Shown: positions 48,875-58,431, numbered from the stretch's first letter. The stretch is DNA of 64,000 nt from an uncultured delta proteobacterium (GCA_963737905.1 CAVTUQ010000009.1:96001-160000); one strand, 5' to 3'. Notes: a model not told the origin generated them from the sequence alone. A program made the numbers and translations.

Positions 48875-49058
48875 TGTCGACCGAGGAGCGAGCCTCGGAG
48901 GGAGCAGGCACAGGGACGTAGAGCTACGCTGACTTCTATGACTTTGGCTATAGGATTGCGTTTCTTCTTCACTTTGCGATCCGCCACTCAAGTTTGCGGG
49001 CCTCCTCAAGGCACAGACCCATTGCCTGCGACCGGAGAGGCTCGTTCCTCGGTCAACA
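48875..49058. other. 184-nt rod-like structured element (REPIN/MITE or ncRNA)
   Basis: TGTCGACCGAGGAGCGAGCCTC / GAGGCTCGTTCCTCGGTCAACA outer stem; GCAGGCA/TGCCTGC; inner TGGC..GGATTGC/GCGATCC..GCCA. Confidence 0.6.
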
Positions 49059-49094
49059 ACGCCTCGATCTTTCCGCGATCCATGACTGATAGGG

Positions 49095-50813
49095 TTAGTG
49101 AGTGCCGCAGATTACATTGAGGACCGCCTGGCGTTTTTCCTCACGGACGACTTTAAGAGCGCGCTTCAGCGCCGGCAGGAGCTGCTGGGGATCATCCACC
49201 ATCTCACCGTAGCCGCCGTGGGCGGCAACCACCATCTCGTAGCGCGGCGACGGCGTCAGGTCACACAGCGGAAAGTTTTCGGTACTTACCGCCCAGCCGT
49301 CCGGCATGACCTGCTCCGTCGCGGCCTTGGTGGAGTGCCAGATTGCATTGTTGCAGACGATCGTCAGCATGGGAAGATCGTAGGCCTGGGAAACAAAATG
49401 GCAGGCCGTGGGGTTGTTAAACATATATGTTCCGTCGCCGACGCTGGCAATGACGGTTTTCTCGGGGTGGGCGAGTTTCATGCCTAAACCGCCTCCGATA
49501 CCCCAACCGAGACCACCGGCCGGGGAGCCACCAAAATAACTTGCGGGCTCGCTCAAACTAAGCTGCTCTTGCGACACACCGTGATCGTTGACGATGAGCG
49601 TCTCGCTGTCTCTCACCTGGTCGACGCAGTAGGATAGCCAGGCAGTATCAATGGGTCGTTCCCCACTGGCCTTTTCGGCTTTCTGTTTTACCCGCTCGCG
49701 GTACTGTTGGTGCTGAGCGCGAATACGCTGGGCGCGCTGGGCTAACAAATCATTCCGCGGTTGGCGCTCCAATTCCTGCGCCAGCAGCTCCAGCGCGCTC
49801 TTGGGATCGCCGCCAATAGAGATGTCCTTGGGAAAACTGCGGATCGGAATGCCGCTGTAGTTCGGGTCCCGCGCGATCTGGATGACCTTGGCGTTCTCAG
49901 GAGGCCTGGCTTGGAATGGATACCATGGCACGTCGCACTCGACCACGACGACGACATCCGCGTCTTTGACGTAGGGCGCGGAACTGACACCGAGATGAAA
50001 ATCATGGGTGTTGGGAAAACTCACGAAGGGGCTTGCGGGCGTGACCACCGGCGCCACCAGCGCTTCGGCAAATGAAACGATAGCGCTCACGGCGGTGGGA
50101 TCGGAGCCCAACCGGCCCGTGATAATCAGAGGATTCGACGCTTGACGAAGGATTTCGGCAGTTCGCTTGATGGTTTCGGCACTGGGTTGCAAGGCTTCGG
50201 CTTTGGCTTTGCGATAAGGATGAATGGTGACGGAGTCCATTTTCTGCGCCAGGACTTCACGCGGCAGGGTCAGATAGACCGGGCCTTGCGGTGCACCGAG
50301 CGCCATTTCCAGCGCCCGGTCGACCACTGTTTCCACCTGGTCCCCATTACGCAACTCGTAGTCCCAACGCGTGAACTCGCGCAGCAGGCTTCCCTGATCG
50401 AAAGACTCCTGCCCCCAGTGGATGAAGTTGGTTCGGCTGCCGCGCAGCCCTTCCTCCGTGAGCGGCGTCCTGCCGGCGGAAAAAATCATCGGCACATTGA
50501 GACGCGACGCGTTCATCACCGCCGCCGATGCGTTTCCCGTCCCGACGATCACGTGAACCATAACGACCTGCGGCTCTCCCGTAATCATGGCGTAGCCCTG
50601 AGCCATGCTCACCGCGACGAATTCATGCGGAACCGTGATCGGCTTCGGATGCGGTTTTTTCTCGGCGGCGAATTTTGCCAAGCCGTCGATGATCGGTCCG
50701 AAGTCGGTGCCGCTGTTGCCGAAAAAGTACTTGATCCCCCGCGCGCGCAGAATTTCTAAATAAGCCTGGCCGACGGTCTCGACCGGAATCGTGATGGCCT
50801 TGCTCATTTCCAT
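49095..50813 (-). CDS. Thiamine-diphosphate-dependent enzyme (acetolactate synthase/benzoylformate decarboxylase family)
   Basis: FGNSGTD, catalytic PHE, GDGTYMFNN...CNNAIW ThDP motif. Confidence 0.9.
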   Translation of the reverse strand: MEMSKAITIPVETVGQAYLEILRARGIKYFFGNSGTDFGPIIDGLAKFAAEKKPHPKPITVPHEFVAVSMAQGYAMITGEPQVVMVHVIVGTGNASAAVMNASRLNVPMIFSAGRTPLTEEGLRGSRTNFIHWGQESFDQGSLLREFTRWDYELRNGDQVETVVDRALEMALGAPQGPVYLTLPREVLAQKMDSVTIHPYRKAKAEALQPSAETIKRTAEILRQASNPLIITGRLGSDPTAVSAIVSFAEALVAPVVTPASPFVSFPNTHDFHLGVSSAPYVKDADVVVVVECDVPWYPFQARPPENAKVIQIARDPNYSGIPIRSFPKDISIGGDPKSALELLAQELERQPRNDLLAQRAQRIRAQHQQYRERVKQKAEKASGERPIDTAWLSYCVDQVRDSETLIVNDHGVSQEQLSLSEPASYFGGSPAGGLGWGIGGGLGMKLAHPEKTVIASVGDGTYMFNNPTACHFVSQAYDLPMLTIVCNNAIWHSTKAATEQVMPDGWAVSTENFPLCDLTPSPRYEMVVAAHGGYGEMVDDPQQLLPALKRALKVVREEKRQAVLNVICGTH

Positions 50814-51079
50814 AAAGTTCCTCCTTGATGCTTCAAGAAATCATCTTTAACCTATTCGGAGAAAAATTGGCAACTACTTTTGTACGAATTGGATTCTCCA
50901 TTTAGACTCACCCAACCCGGATTATTCATAGGCAAGTACCCCCTTACGCGGAGCGGGAAGGCAGGGTGGGTTTACGAGCAAGGCGTACACGAGGAGATCG
51001 GCTGCTATTCGTCGGCCCAAGGTATATAAGATGAACCACGACACTCGCATGGGTACAGGTGTCATAGAAGAGGAGAGCA

Positions 51080-52084
51080 ATGGAGCATACCCTAACATTA
51101 ATACCCGGGGATGGCATCGGGCCGGAAGTAACCAAACCCACTCTCAAGATCATCAAAGCCGCCGGGGTGAAAGTGAAATGGGAAACTCAGTTGGCCGGTG
51201 CAGAGGCGTTGAAGAAGAAGGGGACAACCCTGCCGAAAGAGTTGATGGACTCCTTCGAGAAGCGCAAGGTCGCTTTAAAGGGCCCGGTGACCACGCCGGT
51301 GGGCGAGGGCTTCGCGAGCGTGAATGTGGAGCTCCGGCAGACCTTCGATCTCTACGCGAATCTACGACCCATCAAAAATCTACCCGGTGTAAAGGCGCGC
51401 TATCGCGACGTGGATCTTATTGTTGTGCGTGAGAATACCGAGGGGCTTTATTCCGGTATCGAGCACGAAGTTGTGCCGGGTGTCATGGAGAGTCTGAAAA
51501 TCATTACAGAAAAGGCGTCCACTCGAATTGCAAAATTCGCCTTCGATTATGCTCGAGCGCATGGGCGAAAAAAAGTGACCACGATCCATAAAGCGAATAT
51601 CATGAAACTCACGGACGGCCTGTTTCTGCAATGTGCGAAGACGGTAGGAGGCCGCTACAAGAACATCGATTTCAGTGACCTCATCGTCGACAACGCTTGT
51701 CTCCAACTGGTGCTGGACCCGACGCGGCTCGACGTTCTGCTCTTGGAAAATCTCTATGGTGATATTGTCTCGGATCTCGCCGCCGGACTCGTAGGGGGGT
51801 TAGGGGTGGTTCCAGGAGCTAATCTCGGCGACGCCCACGCCTTGTTCGAAAGCGTTCATGGCAGCGCCCCGGATATCAAGGGCAAGAACATCGCGAACCC
51901 AACGGCCCTTATTCTGGCTGCGGTGATGATGCTCGAACACATTTCGGAAAAAATGGCCGCCAGACGAATTTACGACTCCCTGGAAACCGTGTTAATGAAA
52001 GGGGAAGTGCTGACACCGGATCTCGGCGGATCGGGTACGACGACGAAATTCGCCGATGCGATCATCAAAGAGATCGAGCGGTAA
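51080..52084 (+). CDS. Isocitrate/isopropylmalate dehydrogenase family (NAD-IDH-like)
   Basis: IPGDGIGPEV, NVELR...LYANLRP, RENTEGLY, HKANIMK, NLYGDIVSDL, FESVHGSAPDI. Confidence 0.92.
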   Translation: MEHTLTLIPGDGIGPEVTKPTLKIIKAAGVKVKWETQLAGAEALKKKGTTLPKELMDSFEKRKVALKGPVTTPVGEGFASVNVELRQTFDLYANLRPIKNLPGVKARYRDVDLIVVRENTEGLYSGIEHEVVPGVMESLKIITEKASTRIAKFAFDYARAHGRKKVTTIHKANIMKLTDGLFLQCAKTVGGRYKNIDFSDLIVDNACLQLVLDPTRLDVLLLENLYGDIVSDLAAGLVGGLGVVPGANLGDAHALFESVHGSAPDIKGKNIANPTALILAAVMMLEHISEKMAARRIYDSLETVLMKGEVLTPDLGGSGTTTKFADAIIKEIER

Positions 52085-52116
52085 AGCCTTTACTTGACCA
52101 AAGGCTTTCATCGCCG

Positions 52117-52992
52117 ATGTTAAGTCCTATCCCACCGCAACTCATCGCACTGGCCGCGGCGCTCTCTTATGCGACCTCAGGGATCGCGGCCAAGCGCGGC
52201 CTGCGTTATTCGACCCCTATCACCGTTACTTTGGTCTCGGTGACCGTACATGCCGCAACTTTATGGACCGCGCTTTTGCTCACCCGCGGTATTCCGCAGG
52301 TAACCTGGTGGGTGCTCTTTCTTTTCGCCCTGACCGGCACGCTTCAACCTATCATCCGGCTCTTCACTTACGCCGGCATCCATTATGTCGGCGCTTCGCG
52401 CGGAACGACGTTGCGCAGCTCGCATCCTCTTTTCAGCACGACTCTTGCGATTGTCTTCTTAGGTGAGCAGGCGAGCTTGCCGATCATCGCCGGAACGATC
52501 CTCATCGTCGCCGGTATCGGGCTGATCTCATGGCAACCGGAGGCCCAGCGCGCATCTTTTCGTTGGGCGCACCTCGGCTATCCTTTGGGCGCTGCTATGT
52601 TGGCCGGCATCAGTCATCCCTTGCGGCGCTATGCTCTCAAGCTCGCCAACGAGCCACTCTATCTCGCGGCTATGATCGGTATCGTCGCGCTCCCGTGGCT
52701 GGTAAGTTACATATTTTTGCCCACTAGGGGCGAGCAGCCGGTCTGGAACCGGCAATCGATAGGGTGGTTTTTAATGGCCGGTGTCTTTGAAACGGTGGGG
52801 ATCTTGTTGGTGATCGTGGCGTTGAGCGTGGGACAGGTCGTCGTCGTGTCTCCCATCGTGGCTACCAGCCCGTTGTGGATTCTTGTGGGAACCTGGTTTT
52901 TTCTTCGCGGCATCGAGAGTTTAACTTTGCGCGCAGTCCTCGGCGCAGTTTGCGTCGTAGCGGGGACCATTGCGATCTCGGTGGTGCGGTAG
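52117..52992 (+). CDS. EamA/DMT family transporter
   Basis: About 10 TM helices, FLGE, ALSVGQVVVVSPIVATSP. Confidence 0.85.
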   Translation: MLSPIPPQLIALAAALSYATSGIAAKRGLRYSTPITVTLVSVTVHAATLWTALLLTRGIPQVTWWVLFLFALTGTLQPIIRLFTYAGIHYVGASRGTTLRSSHPLFSTTLAIVFLGEQASLPIIAGTILIVAGIGLISWQPEAQRASFRWAHLGYPLGAAMLAGISHPLRRYALKLANEPLYLAAMIGIVALPWLVSYIFLPTRGEQPVWNRQSIGWFLMAGVFETVGILLVIVALSVGQVVVVSPIVATSPLWILVGTWFFLRGIESLTLRAVLGAVCVVAGTIAISVVR

Positions 52993-53009
52993 CAGGGCGC
53001 GCCCGACAC

Positions 53010-53050
53010 CGTTCAAAACGTTCCAGCCGTTCAAGTCGTTCAAACCGTTC
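53010..53050. repeat. CGTTCAA 9-mer tandem repeat
   Basis: CGTTCAAAA CGTTCCAGC CGTTCAAGT CGTTCAAAC CGTTC. Confidence 0.75.
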
Positions 53051-53073
53051 TACTCACTGTCTCTCCTTAGCTC

Positions 53074-54228
53074 TCAACCCCGGCAAATGACCCAATCCCG
53101 CGGGTAGGCGTTCAAGCTCTCGCAGCCTTTTTTGGTCACTACCAAGGTCTCGCCGAATTGCAGGCCCATCTTTTCATCGTGGGTGATGAGATTGGGCTGA
53201 ATGACGATGACCATATTTTCGCGGAAGATCATCTCTTTGGAGTCGTGACGTCTTGTGGTTTTGGTTTGGAAAATGGGCGGGTATTGGTTCACGCCATGGA
53301 CCAAGTCGTCGTAGATGCTGTAGCCGCGCTTGTGGATAATCTCCGCCGCTTCTTCGGCTTCGGTGGTCGTCGATCCGTCTTTAATTACCTGGGCCAGGGT
53401 TTCAAAGCCTTCGACAGCCGCGTCGTGCATCTTGCGCCACTCCGGCGTCGGCCCTTCGCCGATGGAAAAGGTCCGGTGAATTTGGCCGCTGTAGCCTGAA
53501 TAGGCGCCGCTGATCTCGGTGATCAGACAATAGCCCCTTTGTAGCTTGCGGTTGGAATGAAATTGTGATGGCACCGGAAAATCGGGGCTACGCATCGGCA
53601 TGCTGCTCATGAAGTGAATGCCCGCATAGCCGCCCTGTCTGAGATAGACCGGCTCGATGATGGCCGGAATCTCGTCCTCGCGCATGCCTTCTTTGAGCCC
53701 TTGCGCAAGCGCCTGGATCGATTGGTCCGTAAGTTTCGATGCGAAACGAATCCGGTCGATCTCCTCGACATTTCTGACCGTCCTCATCATACGCATCTTA
53801 TTACCCAAATCGGCGAAGGTCGCGTCGGGAAATTGCTCGCGTAACCTGTTGTAGTGTTGATACGGAAGGGCGCCTACCAAACCGATTTTCTTGGAGTCCA
53901 GCGCACGTTCGCGAATCAGATCGACAACACTATTGCCGGTATTGGCCCCCGCCCAGCGTATATCTTTGACGATCGACATCACGCGGGCCATCGGGAAATG
54001 ATTGAAGAGCTGCATGAGCACCACCGGCTCTTTACCGTTCTGAAACAGCACATAAGCCTCGCGGCTGCACGGCCAATCGGTTAGCCAATAGACGTCGGAA
54101 GAATATCTCCCGGTGCCGTACACCAGAAGCGCGTCCACGCCTTCTTGTTCCATCAGCGCTTGAATTGCCCGGTGCCGCCTTGCCATCTCCTGATCGGAGA
54201 ACGTCGGATAGTCGGATCGTTGCCGCAT
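53074..54228 (-). CDS. M24 (pita-bread) family hydrolase, creatinase-like N-domain
   Basis: FSDQEMARR..IQALM...GVDALLV, RTVRN.EEI, GYSGQIHRT, VHGV, GETLVVTKKG. Confidence 0.8.
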   Translation of the reverse strand: MRQRSDYPTFSDQEMARRHRAIQALMEQEGVDALLVYGTGRYSSDVYWLTDWPCSREAYVLFQNGKEPVVLMQLFNHFPMARVMSIVKDIRWAGANTGNSVVDLIRERALDSKKIGLVGALPYQHYNRLREQFPDATFADLGNKMRMMRTVRNVEEIDRIRFASKLTDQSIQALAQGLKEGMREDEIPAIIEPVYLRQGGYAGIHFMSSMPMRSPDFPVPSQFHSNRKLQRGYCLITEISGAYSGYSGQIHRTFSIGEGPTPEWRKMHDAAVEGFETLAQVIKDGSTTTEAEEAAEIIHKRGYSIYDDLVHGVNQYPPIFQTKTTRRHDSKEMIFRENMVIVIQPNLITHDEKMGLQFGETLVVTKKGCESLNAYPRDWVICRG

Positions 54229-54440
54229 TCTTCTTTCCTCCTTCGCACCTAGCAGGCTTTGAAGCGGATAAGGGCTGGTGCTGTAAAAGATTTCTGTATC
54301 ACTGAAATCTTCATCGAATCAACGGCCACGAAGAGCCTTCTCAAAAGTCGCGAATATAGGCCGGAAGTCGTACTGGACATTTCATCGAGCCCGTGCGAAA
54401 TCTGGAACTAGGTTTCTAATCTAAGCCACGGAGAGTAAAC

Positions 54441-55268
54441 ATGAAGGCGTACTATCATATCCGTCAGCTGTTGTTGGTTTTGTTTCTGTCCGTTACTGTT
54501 ACCGGCGCCGTCGCGCAAGCGCAGCCGGCGAAGGACGAATTCCAGCCGCAGGTCGGCCAGGCAGGCAAAGACGTGATCTGGGTGCCGACGCCCCAGGCGT
54601 TGGTGGACAAAATGCTCGACATGGCCAAAGTCACGCCGAAAGATTACGTGATGGATCTCGGTTCCGGTGATGGCCGCACGGTAATTACCGCCGCGAAGCG
54701 CGGCGCCAAAGCGCGCGGGATCGAATATAATCCTGAGATGGTCGAGCTATCGAAACGCAACGCTGCCAAAGAGGGAGTCAGCGACAAAGCCACTTTCGTT
54801 AATGCCGATCTGTTCGAGAGCAATTTCTCGGACGCCACGGTGATTACCCTGTTTCTCCTGCCGGATATCAATATTCGGCTGCGCCCGAAGATTCTCGACA
54901 TGAAGCCCGGCACACGCGTCGTATCGAATTCTTTTACCATGGGAGACTGGAAAGCGGACGAGACCGCTAACGCGGGCAACGGCTGCGGCTCGTGGTGCAC
55001 AGCCTATCTCTGGATCGTGCCGGCCAAGGTGGATGGCACCTGGCAATTGCCGCAGGGAGAACTGGCGCTCAAACAAAATTTCCAAATGGTTTCCGGCACA
55101 CTCAAATCGGGCAATGTCTCCGCGCCCATCACCAACGGAAAGCTGAACGGCGATCAAATCACTTTCACCGCCGGCGGAAACCAGTATACGGGCCACGTGA
55201 ACGGTAACGTTATGGAAGGAAACGTCAGTTCCGGTTCAAGCTGGAAGGCGAGTCGCGACGGAAAATAG
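54441..55268 (+). CDS. Class I SAM-dependent methyltransferase with signal peptide
   Basis: Signal peptide (AVAQA), WVPTP, DLGSGDGR, GIEYNP, ITLFLLP, PGTRVVSN.F. Confidence 0.85.
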   Translation: MKAYYHIRQLLLVLFLSVTVTGAVAQAQPAKDEFQPQVGQAGKDVIWVPTPQALVDKMLDMAKVTPKDYVMDLGSGDGRTVITAAKRGAKARGIEYNPEMVELSKRNAAKEGVSDKATFVNADLFESNFSDATVITLFLLPDINIRLRPKILDMKPGTRVVSNSFTMGDWKADETANAGNGCGSWCTAYLWIVPAKVDGTWQLPQGELALKQNFQMVSGTLKSGNVSAPITNGKLNGDQITFTAGGNQYTGHVNGNVMEGNVSSGSSWKASRDGK

Positions 55269-55273
55269 ACTTT

Positions 55274-55358
55274 ACGGCATATGGCCTATGGCTGATCGCT
55301 TATGGCATCTAGATGGGACCAAGAAAACCATGCGCTATAAGCCATACGCCATAACGCC
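55274..55358. repeat. TATGGC/GCCATA heptamer-repeat hairpin element
   Basis: GGCATATGGCCTATGGCTGATCGCTTATGGC...GCTATAAGCCATACGCCATA; between convergent genes. Confidence 0.75.
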
Positions 55359-55373
55359 AACTTAAGCAGGCTG

Positions 55374-56369
55374 CTATAGTTTCAACAGCCGCTTGGCATT
55401 GCCTTCCAGCATTAGTTCTTTCTCGGAGTCGGGGCAATCCAAAGCCTCGATTTTTTCCACGGCTTTCCAGTCGCCCAACGTAAAGGGATAGTCGGTTCCA
55501 ACCATAATATGGTCGGCGCCGGCCAATTTGCGCAGGTAATCGATGGTGTCGACGCGATAGATCATGTCGTCGTAGTAGATATTTTTCAGATAGCCGCTTG
55601 GCGGTTTTTTCGCTTGGGCGGCACGGGCGCCGCTGCGTACCAGCCAACCTTGATCAAATCGGCCCAAATGATACGGGAAGAAGCCGCCCCCGTGCAGCAC
55701 GCAGAGCTTGAGATCGGGAAAGCGGTCGAAAACTCCGCTGTAGGTCATGAAGCCGAGAGAAAGAGCGCTGTCTGCGGGATTGCCACAGATGAGCCTGAGA
55801 CCGTAGGGCGCCATCTTTTCAGACCCGGCCACGTCTTCAGGATGCATGACGATCAACGCGTCCAGTTCCTGCGCCTTTGCCCAGAAGGGATCGAAATCGG
55901 TGCTGTTATAATAGTTGCCGTTGACGTTAGTGCCGATGTAGCCACCGCATAGCTTGAGGTCGCGCACAGCGTGGTCGAGGACCTTGGCCGCACGGACGGC
56001 GTCCTGAAGCGGGACGGAGGCGATCCCGACAAAACGATCAGGATGCCGTGTGACCAACTCTTTGAGACCTTCATTGTAGACCCTGCACCAGCTCTCGCCC
56101 TGTTCCCCCGTGAGCCGGTAACCCAAGGTTGCCGTATGGGCTTCCAAAGCAGCGAGAGCCAGCTTTGACTCCTGCATCATCTTGAGTCGCTCGTCCACGA
56201 CGGAGAGCTCGCGCTGGAGCACAAACTTTGGACTGCCGGCAAACGACAAGGCTTTTTGACCTTCGGTCTCCGTGAATTCAACGCCCAGGGTTTTGCCGTG
56301 CTTCTTGGCTTCTTCCAACAGGCTATTCGGCACATAGTGATGGTGAATATCGATGGCGCAGATCTTCAT
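55374..56369 (-). CDS. Amidohydrolase_2 family protein (ACMSD-like decarboxylase)
   Basis: IDIHHHY, VMHP, LHGGGFFPY..GR, VGTDYPF, GNAKRL. Confidence 0.9.
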   Translation of the reverse strand: MKICAIDIHHHYVPNSLLEEAKKHGKTLGVEFTETEGQKALSFAGSPKFVLQRELSVVDERLKMMQESKLALAALEAHTATLGYRLTGEQGESWCRVYNEGLKELVTRHPDRFVGIASVPLQDAVRAAKVLDHAVRDLKLCGGYIGTNVNGNYYNSTDFDPFWAKAQELDALIVMHPEDVAGSEKMAPYGLRLICGNPADSALSLGFMTYSGVFDRFPDLKLCVLHGGGFFPYHLGRFDQGWLVRSGARAAQAKKPPSGYLKNIYYDDMIYRVDTIDYLRKLAGADHIMVGTDYPFTLGDWKAVEKIEALDCPDSEKELMLEGNAKRLLKL

Positions 56370-56421
56370 TTTGTACTCAATCCTTTTCGTCAAAGAATAA
56401 TTTATGGAGTTTCGTTACGCT

Positions 56422-56470
56422 CACCCTCACCCTTCCCTCTCCCTGGCAGGGAGAGGGTGAGAGTGGGGGG
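56422..56470. repeat. CCCTCTCCC/GGGAGAGGG palindromic element
   Basis: CACCCTCACCCTTCCCTCTCCCTGGCAGGGAGAGGGTGAGAGTG. Confidence 0.7.
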
Positions 56471-56520
56471 TCAGGAAAGAACGGAATGAAGCGAACGCAG
56501 AGATTGCTCTGATATCGGTA

Positions 56521-58188
56521 TCAGTTCGCCTTGCAAAGCTGTTGACGACGTACCTTGCCCGGAAAGATGTCGTGACACTGGCCATCTTCAACGACGACCT
56601 TGCCATTGACGGCCACGGCCTTCATTCCCGGCGGATGCCTTTTTACTTCCTGCGCGTCGATGATTTCGGGCAACTTCTCGCTGACCAGATCGTCGATTTT
56701 GTCAGCATCGAAAACTGTGATGTCCGCCGGCATGCCTTCCTTGAGCAGGCCGCGGTTGAGACGTAACTTCTCAGCGGGGAAGCCCGTTAATTTGTGCACC
56801 GCCTCTTCCAGGCCGAAAAGATTTTTCTCTCGGCGCCAGTAACCCAGCACTTTGGTCGGTGCTCCATGCCAGAAGAATCGATCGAGGTGCGCGCCGACGT
56901 CGGTTCCGATGAGGCCGGTGTCGGATTTAATCATCTCGCCGAGCAGCTCCCGGTGCGCGTTCGCCAGGCCATAATAAACGCAGCGAGAACGGAGATCGTC
57001 CTCGAGCCAGGTATCGAAGAACGCATCTACTGCGGGTTTCTCTGTAATGCGCGCGATCTCTTCGGCGTTTTTCTGTTCGAGCTTTTTCAATGCTGGTTTT
57101 TCAATGTGCTCAAACACCACGTGATCCCAACCATGCCATTCGGGAAATTCCGGTTTGCCGGCGGCTGCGATGCGCTCTTGCTCGAGTTTTCTTCTAGTGT
57201 CTTTATTTTGCAGCTGGCCGCGCAGGTCGCTGGAACCCTTGATCGCTTCCCAGGTCGGCAGGCCGTTCAAGAAGAAGCAGTCGCTGATGGTGAAGCGGCG
57301 AATGTGCGTGTAGGGTATAACGACTCCGTAGAGTTCCTGGCCGCGCTTTTGCGCTTCCTGCATGAAGGCGATTGCCTTCGTGGCATTCGCTTTTTCCCCA
57401 GGACGCTGGCGGAACTCATTGCCGATTTGTAGGGTGTGAATTCTTTCTAGCATCGCTGGAACGCCGCTTTCCGGCTGCAGCATCATCTGGAAACCGTTGA
57501 ACTGGAAACAGCCGTTGTAATCGGCGGCCACGTTGGCTAATTCAACGATCTCATCGTGTGTGGCAAACGTGCTGGGGGTACCGGCGTGGATGGCCGGTCC
57601 GCCGCGGGGACTCGTGGAGAATCCGATGGCGCCCAGCTCCATGCCTTCGCGAACCATCTTCTTCATGGCATCCAGTTCCTCAGCGTTCGCTTCTCTGGCA
57701 TAGGCGGCCTCGCCCATGACGGTCAGCCGAACCGGGGAGTGAGGCATCAAAGGGGCGACGTTGACGGCGATCTTACCCTCGATGTAGTTCAGATAGTCGC
57801 CGAAGGTATTCCATTTCCAATCCTTGTCGTCGACGTATTTATCCAGAACGCGTCTTAGATATTGAACCAGGACCTGGCGCGGCTCGGCTTTCGGGGGGAC
57901 CGGCGAGCAAGAGGCACCGCAGTCACCAATGATAATCGTTGTCACGCCGTAGTTCACAACAGGGTTGCCGTTTGGGTAGAGCACGACGAAGGCATCCATG
58001 TGGGTGTGAGAATCGATGAAACCGGGCGCCACCACATGTCCCTTGGCGTCAATCTCTTTTTTCCCGGCGCCCAAGTTTTTGCCGATAGCGGCGATGTTTT
58101 CGCCCTCCACGGCCACGTCGGCTTCGAATCCAGGGCTTCCGGTGCCGTCGATTACCAAGCCGTTTCTGATTACTAAGTCATGAGCCAT
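56521..58188 (-). CDS. N-acyl-D-amino-acid deacylase family amidohydrolase
   Basis: DLVIRNGLVIDGTG, APGFIDSHTHMD, GVTT...GDCG, RGLLKEGMPADITVFD. Confidence 0.9.
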   Translation of the reverse strand: MAHDLVIRNGLVIDGTGSPGFEADVAVEGENIAAIGKNLGAGKKEIDAKGHVVAPGFIDSHTHMDAFVVLYPNGNPVVNYGVTTIIIGDCGASCSPVPPKAEPRQVLVQYLRRVLDKYVDDKDWKWNTFGDYLNYIEGKIAVNVAPLMPHSPVRLTVMGEAAYAREANAEELDAMKKMVREGMELGAIGFSTSPRGGPAIHAGTPSTFATHDEIVELANVAADYNGCFQFNGFQMMLQPESGVPAMLERIHTLQIGNEFRQRPGEKANATKAIAFMQEAQKRGQELYGVVIPYTHIRRFTISDCFFLNGLPTWEAIKGSSDLRGQLQNKDTRRKLEQERIAAAGKPEFPEWHGWDHVVFEHIEKPALKKLEQKNAEEIARITEKPAVDAFFDTWLEDDLRSRCVYYGLANAHRELLGEMIKSDTGLIGTDVGAHLDRFFWHGAPTKVLGYWRREKNLFGLEEAVHKLTGFPAEKLRLNRGLLKEGMPADITVFDADKIDDLVSEKLPEIIDAQEVKRHPPGMKAVAVNGKVVVEDGQCHDIFPGKVRRQQLCKAN

Positions 58189-58263
58189 AAGTGTGTAGCC
58201 TCCTCCTTGAATTTTATTTGCTTATCCCACCTAAGGGTGTTGGCTGTCAACTACTCGGAAGCG

Positions 58264-58419
58264 GTTTCGAGTTTCAGGTTCCGGGTTCAAAGTTTACCGG
58301 AACCCACAGTTGTCATGAGGTTGCCAGAATTGAGCAGTTGATAACGAAGAGGGCAGGGCCGGTTCGTGCCTAAGGAAGTTCCTGCGTTAACACGAAACTC
58401 GAAATTTGGAACCCGAAAC
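58264..58419. repeat. TTTCGAG/CTCGAAA heptamer-repeat arms
   Basis: GTTTCGAGTTTCAGGTTCCGGGTTCAAAG ... AACACGAAACTCGAAATTTGGAACCCGAAAC. Confidence 0.7.
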
Positions 58420-58431
58420 GGTTCGCGAGCG

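Noticed and set aside
41861-53050. Tandem 9-mer clusters as a CRISPR array
   Set aside because: Units are 7-9 nt and contiguous, with no unique spacers and no cas genes
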